DNA of 64,000 nucleotides from an uncultured Acidimicrobiales bacterium (GTDB lineage Bacteria > Actinomycetota > Acidimicrobiia > Acidimicrobiales > RAAP-2): the NCBI GenBank assembly GCA_963741055.1, contig CAVUGU010000031.1:3963-67962 (forward strand). Direction: 5' to 3'. The position numbers and the translations under genes were made by a program. Numbering within the stretch: position 1 is the stretch's first letter; the number at the start of each line of letters is the position of its first letter. Positions 56,979 to 64,000 of this stretch are shown here, piece by piece. The notes under the pieces are model-generated. The model saw nothing but the letters and a program-made list of their open reading frames with translations. It did not search any database and was not told the DNA's origin.

Positions 56979-59157
56979 TTACCGGTTCGTCACCTCGGAG
57001 GCGCCGTCGGCCGCGACAGCGATCGAGCGTCCCGGCCGCCGGCCGTCGTCGTAGACCACGCTCCGAGCGAGGGCGAGCCGTTCCAGCGCAGTCTGGGTGG
57101 CGATGCCCTTGACGGTCGGGACCCGGTGCCAGTTGCCGTCCGAATCGAGCGACCACGACTGCATGTCGTCGGCGAGGTTGAGCGCGAGGACCTCTTCGAG
57201 CTGGGCGATCGCACTCGGGTCCGAGACCGGGATCATCGCCTCGACCCGACGGTCGAGGTTCCGCCGGCGAAGGTCCGCCGAGCCGATGTAGTAGCTGGAG
57301 GCGCGTCCGGCCGCGCCGCCGAAGCGGAGGATGCGCGAGTGCTCGAGGAAACGGCCGACGATCGAGCGCACCTTGATCGTCTCGGAGAGGTCGGGAACGC
57401 CGGGGCGCAGGCAGCAGATCCCGCGGATGATCAGATCGATGGGGACCCCGGCCTTCGAGGCGCGGTAGAGCGCGTCCATGACCGCGACGTCGTCGAGGCC
57501 GTTGACCTTGATCACGATGCGCCCGTCGGGACCCGCGTCGGCCTCGCGGTCGATGCACTCGATCACCCGATCGCGGATCCCTCCCGGAGAGGTGACCAGC
57601 TGCTGGTAGAGGGGCGGCTGGCTGAAGCCGGTGATGTAGTTGAAGAAACGGGTCACGTCCACGCCGAGGTCGACCCGCGACGAGAGCACGCCGAGATCCT
57701 CGTACATGCGCGCGGTCTTCGGGTTGTAATTGCCGGTGCCTACGTGGCAGTAGAGACGGACCGCGTCGCCGTCCTGGCGGACGACGAGGGTGGTCTTCGC
57801 GTGGGTCTTGAGGCCCATCAGGCCGTAGATCACGTGAGCGCCCGCCTCTTCCAGCGCTCTCGCCCACCCGATGTTCGCCTCCTCGTCGAAGCGGGCGGTG
57901 ACCTCGACCAGGACGGCTACCTGCTTTCCGTGCTCCGCGGCTCGCACCAGTGCGGCGACGATCGGGCTGTCACCGGAAGTCCGGTAGAGGCACTGCTTGA
58001 TGGCGAGGACGTGCGGATCGTCGGCCGCCTCGTTCAGCAGCTCCTCCACCGACGCCGAAAAGGAGTCGTAAGGATGGTGGACGAGGACGTCCTGGCGATC
58101 GAGCACCGCGAAGATGTCGGAGTCCTCTTCGCGCTCCACGGTGGTGAGCGGGGGTGGGACGAGCGGGGTCCAGGGTTGGTCGTGGAGGTCGGGGCGGTTC
58201 AGGTCGTAGACGGTCCAGAGACAGTCGAGACCGAGTGGGCCGGCGAACTCGTAGACGTCGTCGATGCTCAGCCCGAGCTCCTCGGTCGAGACGCGGGACC
58301 GGGGCGTCCGAGGTGCGGGAGTCGACCTCGAGGCGGACGACCGGAAGGAAGCGGCGACGGCGCAGCTCCTCCTGCAGTGCGAGGAGGAGATCGTCGGCCG
58401 CGTCATCGTCGAGTGCGAGGTCGGCGTCACGGGTGACCCGGAAGACGCAGGGATCGCCGACGTCCATACCGGGGAAGAGCTCGTCGAGGAACGGGATCAG
58501 GACCTGCTCGAGGGGGATGAATCGATCGCCCTCGGGCAGGCGCAGCAGCCGATCGACATTCGGTGGGACCTTCACCCGCGCGAAGCGCGACGAGCCGTCC
58601 GCCCGGCTGCGCACCTCGACTCCCACGTTGAGAGAGAGGTTGGAGATGTAGGGGAAGGGGTGACTCGGGTCGACGGTCAAGGGGGTCACCACCGGCAAAA
58701 TGAGCCGGTCGAACACCTCGTGCAGGTAGGTGCGGTCGCGAGGACCGAGGTCCGCCCAATTGGAGAGCTCGATCCCCTTGGCGGCGAGCGCGGGGACGAT
58801 CTCGTCGAGAAGCAGGTGCTCCTGGCGGCCGACCATCCGGTCGAGCGACGAGCGAACGTCGCGGAGCAGTTCGTCGGGGCGGCTTCCATTGAGGCCGAGG
58901 GTCTTGATGCCGGCTACGACCTGGCGACGGAGACCGGCTACCTGCACCTGGAAGAACTCGTCGATGCGCTCGCTGAACAGGATCAGGAACTTGACCCGTT
59001 CGAGCAGGGGGATCGCCGGGTCGGCGACCAGGTCGAGCAAGCGGTCGTTGAAGTCGAGATCCGAGAGCTGGCGGGCGAAGAACCGGGCCTCCGGCGCCTC
59101 CTCGGCCGTGCCTCGGTGGTTCGCTCGGCGTCGACGATCATCGGCCAACGATACCAA
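56979..59157 (-). CDS. ppk: Polyphosphate kinase 1; one frame break near 58295
   Basis: RFFARQLSDLDFNDRLLDL...PLLERVKFLILFSERIDEFFQVQVAGL in ORF 57970..59157. HHPYDSF, KQCLYRTS, THAKTTLV, HVGTGNYN, GRFLEHSRI in ORF 56979..58430. The join is at a CCCC/CCC run. Confidence 0.9.
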
Positions 59158-59241
59158 CCGGCCCCATCGCGAACTCCGGCGACCTCGCCCCTTTCGGCCT
59201 GGTCCGGTGCGTCGCCAGCCCCGGCTCGAGGGCAGGTCAGA

Positions 59242-59778
59242 ATGGCAAGGTCACCCAGACGAAAGGCGCGGTCCGTGGAATCAGAACGCACCATCGAGGT
59301 CATCGTCGAGATCCCACGGGGGAGCCGCAACAAATACGAGTACGACCACGAGCGGCACCTGATCCGATTGGACCGCCGGCTCTTCTCGGCGACGGTGTAC
59401 CCGGCCGACTACGGGTTCATCGTCGACACGCTGGGCGAGGACGGCGACCCCCTCGACGCCCTGGTCCTGCTCGACGAGCCGACCTTTCCGGGCTGCCTGG
59501 TGAAATGCAAGCCGCTCGGAGTCTTTTGGATGACCGACGAGAAAGGGCCCGACGCCAAGATCATCACGGTCGCGTGCGGAGACCCGATGTGGGAGTCCAT
59601 GTCGGACTTGAGCGAGCTCCCCGCGCTCCTCACTTCGGAGATCGCCCACTTCTTCGACGTCTACAAGGACCTCGAGCCCGGGAAGGGGACGACGGTGCGG
59701 GGTTTCGAGGGTGTGGAACCGGCCTGGGAGGAGATCGAACGCTCGCGTGAGCGTGCGAGCGCAGCAGGAGCGGTGTGA
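59242..59778 (+). CDS. ppa: Inorganic pyrophosphatase (family I)
   Basis: EIPRGSRNKYEYD, YPADYGFI, DGDPLDALVL, DEKGPDAKII. An alternative GTG start is at 59275. Confidence 0.9.
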   Translation: MARSPRRKARSVESERTIEVIVEIPRGSRNKYEYDHERHLIRLDRRLFSATVYPADYGFIVDTLGEDGDPLDALVLLDEPTFPGCLVKCKPLGVFWMTDEKGPDAKIITVACGDPMWESMSDLSELPALLTSEIAHFFDVYKDLEPGKGTTVRGFEGVEPAWEEIERSRERASAAGAV

Positions 59779-59814
59779 GTCGGCGGGCGTCCGCGGTCTC
59801 TCCGGTACTGCTCG

Positions 59815-60174
59815 CTACTCCTCCTCTTCGTCCTCCAGCTCCTCGTCGAGGTCGATGCCGAGCGCGAAGGCCAGCTCGGCCGCGGCAGACACGATCCGGA
59901 TGTTTCCGAGAGTGGGATTGAGCGCGACCAGGAGTCCGAGGATCTCCTCGGGGGTGACGCCGACCTCGAGCGCGAACTCGACCTGGAAGACGTAGGAGGC
60001 CGGTGCTGCATCCGCAGCGATCAGAGCTGCGATGTTGGCCAAGGCGTAGGCCTTCGGATCGAGCCCGGACGCCTCGAGGTTGTCGAGCCGGGCCTGGAAC
60101 AGACCCTCGATCGCGTCGACGTCGTGCTGCGCGACTCCGATGAAGACGTCCGTGGTACCGGAAGAAACGGCCAT
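59815..60174 (-). CDS. Carboxymuconolactone decarboxylase (AhpD-like) family protein with acidic tail
   Basis: LDPKAYALANIAALIAA...ALEVGVTPEEILGLL... followed by a poly-Glu C-terminus. Confidence 0.55.
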   Translation of the reverse strand: MAVSSGTTDVFIGVAQHDVDAIEGLFQARLDNLEASGLDPKAYALANIAALIAADAAPASYVFQVEFALEVGVTPEEILGLLVALNPTLGNIRIVSAAAELAFALGIDLDEELEDEEEE

Positions 60175-60461
60175 GATGGTTCCTCCACTCGTTCATCCGA
60201 CACCGACTCGGTGCCGAGCGGACACGATCCGATGCTCGTCCCGGGACCCGGAACCGGTCACCGCGTCGTCACCCTACCGGATGGATAACTCCGGTTCACC
60301 CTGCTCTCGGCGCTCGATTCGCCCCCGGCGCGGGAGCCGCCCGACGGTGCTTCGGGATCTGCAGATCGCTGCTCGGAGGCGCCGACTGGTACGGTGAGAA
60401 CGGCCGTCGAAGGCGTACGGCGCCGATGCTGCGCCGTGCAGCCGATCCGACCTGCCCACCC

Positions 60462-60538
60462 GGGGATGTAGCTCAGTTGGCTAGAGCACCTGCTTTGCAA
60501 GCAGGGGGTCACGGGTTCGAGTCCCGTCATCTCCACCA
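60462..60538 (+). tRNA. tRNA-Ala (anticodon UGC), CCA encoded
   Basis: Acceptor GGGGATG/CATCTCC with the G3:U70 Ala identity pair, anticodon stem CCTGC/GCAGG with loop TTTGCAA, T-arm ACGGG-TTCGAGT-CCCGT, ACCA end. Confidence 0.9.
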
Positions 60539-60596
60539 GATACTCCCAGGTCAGCGCCGGTATCTGACACTCGGGTACCGGCCCTTCGTCTCCCAG

Positions 60597-60657
60597 GTGT
60601 GCAACGGTGTGCAACGGGACCCTCGAACGCACATCGCTGTGCCCACGACTGCAACGG
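60597..60657. repeat. Three copies of TGCAACGG (two in tandem as GTGTGCAACGG-TGTGCAACGG)
   Basis: The copies are at 60597-60607, 60608-60617 and 60650-60657, which is 60-120 bp from the tRNA end. They are possible arm-type recombinase/Xis sites. Confidence 0.45.
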
Positions 60658-60804
60658 AATCGTCACAGTGCATCGGGTGGCCGTTCCCGGTCGCTCCGGG
60701 CTGTTCCTGGCCGAGCCCCGTCGTGCCAGCAGCGGACCGATTCGGCCCACGCAGCGCGCGCAATGTGGTTGAAGCGCGCCGCGTGCGCGCTCACCATCGC
60801 GGGC

Positions 60805-61095
60805 ATGGCTGAACCTACGAGGCCGAAGAAGCGCCGAGCTCGCAACGGCAGCCAGTCCGACAGTCAACCGGCCATCGACGCGGCCATCGAGGCCGGCGTG
60901 CTCCCGCGCAAGACCTACCGGCTCGGCGAGTCCGCGGCGATGCTCGGCATCTCCCGTTGGATGCTCGATCGACTCATCGAGGACGGCGATCTCGGCATCG
61001 TGCGGCTCGGCAGTCTGCGGGTCGTCCCGGCCGAGGACGTCGAGCGCCTGCTCACCCAGGGCTACGAGCGCCGATCGCACGATGCCTCGGCATGA
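60805..61095 (+). CDS. Excisionase-family helix-turn-helix DNA-binding protein
   Basis: Basic N-tail, then YRLGESAAMLGISRWMLDRLIEDGDLGIVRLGSLRVVPAEDVERLL (MerR/Xis-type HTH followed by a wing). Confidence 0.6.
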   Translation: MAEPTRPKKRRARNGSQSDSQPAIDAAIEAGVLPRKTYRLGESAAMLGISRWMLDRLIEDGDLGIVRLGSLRVVPAEDVERLLTQGYERRSHDASA

Positions 61096-61220
61096 CGAAA
61101 GAGCGACCGTCATCCTCGACGAAACGGCTGCGACGCAAGCCGGGCCCTGTCGCACAACGGTCGCGCGGAGGCCACGACCAGCCCGAATCGGTGGCACTCG
61201 GCCGATGGGGAGTCGGCCAG

Positions 61221-61248
61221 TTCGTACCCATTCGTGCCCGTTCGTGCC
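61221..61248. repeat. Three tandem 10-bp repeats TTCGT(A/G)CCC(A/G)
   Basis: TTCGTACCCA TTCGTGCCCG TTCGTGCC, with exact helical (10 bp) phasing, about 150 bp upstream of the second HTH gene. Confidence 0.5.
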
Positions 61249-61396
61249 AGCCCACGCGTGAATTGCAGGGACCGCGAGAAACCGGTTGCGCAAGCGCGCG
61301 CGTCGCGGTATTGCGGACAATGCGGGTGTGGGCCGGGGCCGGCCCGGGGCGACAAGACCGCGTGATGTCCCCCGTCTCGGGGAGAGGGGAGGCGGC

Positions 61397-61648
61397 TTGC
61401 CGACTCGATCACGTCCCACCGCCCAGCGTGAGTCGCCGGCCCGGAGGGTCGACCCGACCACGCTGCTCGCCAGCAATCAGGTGCTCGAGCGCTACCCGCA
61501 CTTGAGTTACCGGACGCTTTCCCGGCTGATCACCGACGGAAAGCTGACCGCCTACCACGTCGCCGGTGGTCGACGCCGCCTCTTCGATCCGATCGAGATC
61601 GAGGCGCTCTTCGTCCCCGGCACGAACGGGAAGTCTCGGGCCTCATGA
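61397..61648 (+). CDS. Second excisionase-type HTH protein
   Basis: TTG at 61397 behind GGGGAGG. LLASNQVLERYPHLSYRTLSRLITDGKLTAYHVAGGRRRLFDPIEIEALF. Confidence 0.55.
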   Translation: MPTRSRPTAQRESPARRVDPTTLLASNQVLERYPHLSYRTLSRLITDGKLTAYHVAGGRRRLFDPIEIEALFVPGTNGKSRAS

Positions 61649-61868
61649 CCAACCCGGCCGATGGCCGGGACGCCGAGGACCGAGCAGCAGACCGAACCCG
61701 GTCGAGCGCCTCGCCGCCATCAATGACGAGCTCGTCGCCCATGGCGCCCCGCCCTTCATCGCCCCCGACCACATCGCCGCCCTCGACGAGCACGTGCTCA
61801 ACCGGATGGTGGCGGCCGCTTCTGAGCACCTGGCGAGCCTCATCGAGGCCGAACAGGAGGCGCGGTGA
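61645..61868 (+). CDS. Small hypothetical protein; probable frame break near 61690
   Basis: The ATG overlaps the upstream TGA (ATGA). A plausible helical product (...VERLAAINDELVAHGAPPFIAPDHIAALDEHVLNRMVAAASEHLASLIEAEQEAR) is in the adjacent frame. Confidence 0.35.
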
Positions 61869-61949
61869 GGACGACGGGCGAGTTCCGTATATGAGCGCCG
61901 CCGGTATTCCTATATCGCACGCCATCCAAATCGGCAATGGGACCGCCTC

Positions 61950-62516
61950 GTGACCGCGATCTCCCGGGCCGAGCTTGTCCACAGGCTGTCGGCACTTGCC
62001 GACGATGCGCGGTCCCTCGCCGGCGAAGCGAAGTCGGCAAAGTTGTCGGCATTTGCCGATCCGGCGGTGTCGGCACTTGCCGACCACGCCGCCTCCCTCG
62101 CTCGGATGGTCGGTGTCGAGGCCCCGTGCGCGAAACCCGTGCTCGGGCCGGGCGGAAGGGGGCGTTGGCGACCAACCGAAAACGCTGGGGCCGGTCCCCT
62201 CCGCCGTCGGCACATGCCGACGACGCTTTGTCAACAAATGCCGACCGGGGCCACAGCCACAACCCCCTTTCAGGGGGGTTTGTGGCTGGCGGTGCGGCCC
62301 AGGGAGTTCTTGGGGATTCTCCGGCCTCGGCAAATGCCGACGCCTCGGCCGACCGCGCAAGTCGATGCCGACCGCATCATGGAACTGTTTGCGCCATCTG
62401 GCCATAGGCCCAAAGAGCCCGAGCCGATAGATCGAATAGAGGCCGTGCAAATGGCCCGCGATGCATTGACGGAAGCCGGGCGGCCTCGCCCCCTCCGTCC
62501 GAACCGTGACGGCTGA
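61950..62516 (+). CDS. Doubtful ORF overlapping the iteron array (only the first ~70 codons look coding)
   Basis: MTAISRAELVHRLSALADDARSLAGEAKSAKLSAFADPAVSALADHAASLARMV is helical with good GC3. The rest is driven by DNA repeats (MPT recurs). All three plus frames are open across this stretch (ORFs 61937.., 61950.., 61975..). Confidence 0.25.
   Translation: MTAISRAELVHRLSALADDARSLAGEAKSAKLSAFADPAVSALADHAASLARMVGVEAPCAKPVLGPGGRGRWRPTENAGAGPLRRRHMPTTLCQQMPTGATATTPFQGGLWLAVRPREFLGILRPRQMPTPRPTAQVDADRIMELFAPSGHRPKEPEPIDRIEAVQMARDALTEAGRPRPLRPNRDG
61988..62372. repeat. Iteron-like array: 6-7 copies of the 16-bp palindrome GTCGGCA-NN-TGCCGAC
   Basis: 61988-62003 GTCGGCACTTGCCGAC; 62033-62039 half-site; 62045-62060 GTCGGCATTTGCCGAT; 62069-62084 GTCGGCACTTGCCGAC; 62206-62221 GTCGGCACATGCCGAC; 62230-62245 GTCAACAAATGCCGAC; 62326-62341 CTCGGCAAATGCCGAC; 62361-62372 GTCGATGCCGAC (partial). 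Confidence 0.8.
62255..62287. other. Strong hairpin inside the iteron array (AGCCACAACCCCC-TTTCA-GGGGGGTTTGTGGCT)
   Basis: 13 bp stem with two single-base bulges. Both bulges sit in homopolymers (G6 versus C5, T3 versus A2), so the real stem may be perfect. Confidence 0.6.
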
Positions 62517-62566
62517 CGGCATGATCGCCCCGCCCGGCCTGCTCTCGGGAACGCCGGCCCCGTTAG

Positions 62567-63495
62567 ATGCATCTAACGGAAGAGAACCGTGCCCCCACTG
62601 CGGCACGCCGTCACTGTTCGGGGACGCAACGTGACGACCACGTCGCCCCGCTCGGCGAGATCGAGGTCAAGTCCTCCCCGCCCGACGACGAGCGCTACTG
62701 GTCGGTGACCTCGATCCTGAAGGTGCTCTCGGCCGAGGGTCTCCTCTACTGGGCGGCCGAGCGGGCCGCCCTCGCCGCGGTCAAGGTCGCCGGGTCGCTC
62801 CCCCAACGCATCGAGGAGGAGGGCACCGACGCGGTCGTGAAGTGGCTCCGGGACGCCCGGTTCCGCCCGGCCCCCGGGGTGAGCGCACCGCGACCGAGCT
62901 CGGCACCGCGGTCCACGACGCAGTCGAGTCCTACGCGCTGACCGGGGCGCGCCCCGAGGTCGACGGCGAGGTCGCGCGGTTCGTCGACCAGTTCGACGAG
63001 TGGGCCCAGGTCTGGCAGCCGGCCTACGACGCGGCCGAGGCCGCGGTCTACAACCGGACCTTCGGCTACGCGGGCACCCTCGACGCCATCGTCTCCCTCG
63101 GGGGACGGCGGGTCATCCTCGACTACAAGTCATCGGCCAAGTCGTTCGACACCAAGGGCAACCCGACCGGTCCCTACCCCGAGGCCGCGCTGCAGCTCGC
63201 CGCCTACCGCCACGCCGAGCTGCTCGCCACTTGGCGGGCCCGCCGGTTCGAGAAGATGCGCCGGCGCTACTACCTGTTGAACGACGACGAGGTCGACCAC
63301 GCGGTCCCGATGCCCGAGGTCGACGGCGCGGTCGTGCTGCATCTCACGCCCGAGCACGCGACCTTGCACCCAGTGCGGTCAGGGGACGACGTGTTCGACG
63401 CGTTCCTCTACGTGCAAGAGGCCGCCCGCTGGCACTTCGAGACCTCAAAGGACGCCATCGGCGCGCCGCTCGATCGAGTGCGGGAGGAGCGGTGA
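62567..63495 (+). CDS. PD-(D/E)XK (RecB/Cas4-like, phage exonuclease-type) nuclease; one frame break near 62875
   Basis: ERYWSVTSILKVL...LYWAA in the first frame. Then ELGTAVHDAVE, GYAGTLDAIV, RVILDYKSS (D...D/ExK), QLAAYRHA in ORF 62842..63495. Confidence 0.6.
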
Positions 63496-64000
63496 GTCCG
63501 ATCATTGACCGCCAGCGCCGTCTCCACGAGACCGGTCGGATCCGCATCGGCCGATCGGTCGAGGCGACGACCGAAGAGGGGAAGAGGATCCGCCGGCCCG
63601 AGAAGCTGCAGAGCTTCCGGTTCACCTCGGCCAGCCGGCACGCCATCGAGTCGATCGCCGCCCTCTACGGCGGGGAACCGCACGAGTGGACCGACGGCCC
63701 CCAGCCCGGCCAGTGGGAGGTGTTCACCGCGGCCTCGGCGATCGAGGTGGTCGTGCCTCCCGAGCATCTCGCCTTCAGCCAGTGGTTCGAGCTGTGGAAG
63801 GCCGGCGGGTGCGAGCGGCGCTGCGACGGGGTCGCGCAGATCCCGACCGGCGAGGTGTGCATCTGCGACGCCGAGGACCGCGAGTGCAAGCCGCACACCC
63901 GGCTCTCGCTCCTCCTGCCGCGCCTCTTGGGCTCGGGTCTCTGGCGTCTCGACACCCAGGGCGAGTACGCGGCGAACGAACTCGGTGGCGCGTTCGAGTT
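63492..64000 (+). CDS. Phage-type Cys-rich protein, 5' part (runs off the window); possibly of the family often annotated as gp3-like recombination directionality factor
   Basis: Hand-translated open frame from a GTG overlapping the upstream TGA: VSPIIDRQRRLHETGRIRIG...PEKLQSFRFTS...ALYGGEP...WELWKAGGCERRCDG...CICDAEDRECKPHTRLSLLLP...GLWRLDTQG. The family assignment is from memory only. Confidence 0.4.
   Translation, partial: MSPIIDRQRRLHETGRIRIGRSVEATTEEGKRIRRPEKLQSFRFTSASRHAIESIAALYGGEPHEWTDGPQPGQWEVFTAASAIEVVVPPEHLAFSQWFELWKAGGCERRCDGVAQIPTGEVCICDAEDRECKPHTRLSLLLPRLLGSGLWRLDTQGEYAANELGGAFE

Larger units (their letters stand above)
60539..64000. mobile_element. Proximal part of an integrated phage/ICE-like element at the 3' end of tRNA-Ala (continues beyond the window; no integrase seen yet)
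   Basis: Starts right after the tRNA. Contains two excisionase-type HTH genes, overlapping small genes (ATGA, GTGA couplings), a PD-(D/E)XK nuclease, a Cys-rich phage-type protein and three DNA repeat arrays. Some local patches are lower in GC. Confidence 0.6.

Noticed and set aside
61988-62372. A CRISPR array.
   Set aside because: The repeats are only 16 bp and are themselves palindromic. The spacings are irregular (8 to 121 bp), with no uniform spacers, and no cas genes are in the window. The architecture is iteron-like.
61937-62430. Overlapping ORFs 61937..62407 and 61975..62430 with recurring CRHLP / VGTCRR peptides as real repeat proteins.
   Set aside because: The peptide repeats are the same DNA palindrome read in other frames. 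Composition is Arg/Pro/Cys-rich and GC3 is poor.

Overview
This window is a visibly high-GC segment of an actinobacterial chromosome. GC was not computed. The taxonomic hallmarks are WhiB, GlnR, VKOR in place of DsbB, and a whiB-linked pair of ArsA-like ATPases. All calls come from reading the ORF translations and the DNA; no searches were run.

Layout:
- (1) 0-21 kb, housekeeping: trkA tail, HAD hydrolase, sigma-70, nadE, a glnII-glnA-glnR nitrogen module, RidA, an XDH-like gene, ErpA and Mrp Fe-S carriers, a Nudix hydrolase, an alpha/beta hydrolase, a DUF929-VKOR-DUF929 thiol-oxidation module, whiB plus two ArsA-like ATPases, an orphan receiver and CorC.
- (2) tRNA-Pro(CGG) followed by a ~9 kb cell-surface island: a secreted Thr/Ser/Gly-rich protein with a sortase-type tail, a beta-propeller lipoprotein, two large GT-C-like membrane proteins, a sortase with a C-terminal extension, and an FN3-pentapeptide-repeat protein.
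- (3) 30-34 kb, miscellaneous small genes, including a 59-aa ClpX-type zinc-finger ORF that is missing from the ORF track and a 390-bp gene-free convergent spacer with regulator-like sites.
- (4) 34.4-56.4 kb, a large oxidative / beta-oxidation-type catabolic supercluster: 2 P450s, a BVMO, a Rieske oxygenase, a fused E1 alpha/beta TPP enzyme, an LLM/F420 oxidoreductase, 4 SDRs, an ACAD, an enoyl-CoA hydratase, 2 acyl-CoA ligases and 2 TetR regulators. Its four divergent promoters share one operator-like motif, TTGTACCGAYC.
- (5) A divergent ppk1/ppa pair.
- (6) tRNA-Ala(UGC) followed by the start of an integrated phage- or ICE-like element. It carries Xis-type HTH genes, a PD-(D/E)XK nuclease, a Cys-rich phage-type protein and three separate repeat arrays, including 6-7 copies of a 16-bp palindrome that look like iterons.

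Major caveat: I count about 30 reading-frame breaks in conserved genes, and those inspected at base level sit at short homopolymers. Essential or conserved genes (nadE, ppk1) are hit, so I read most of them as indel-type sequence errors rather than genome decay. Genes with one break are listed as CDS with a note; genes with two or more breaks are listed as pseudogene, meaning 'as sequenced'.

The best novelty candidates are the VKOR/DUF929 module, the surface island with a non-canonical sorting signal, the shared operator of the catabolic regulon, and the iteron array of the tRNA-Ala element.
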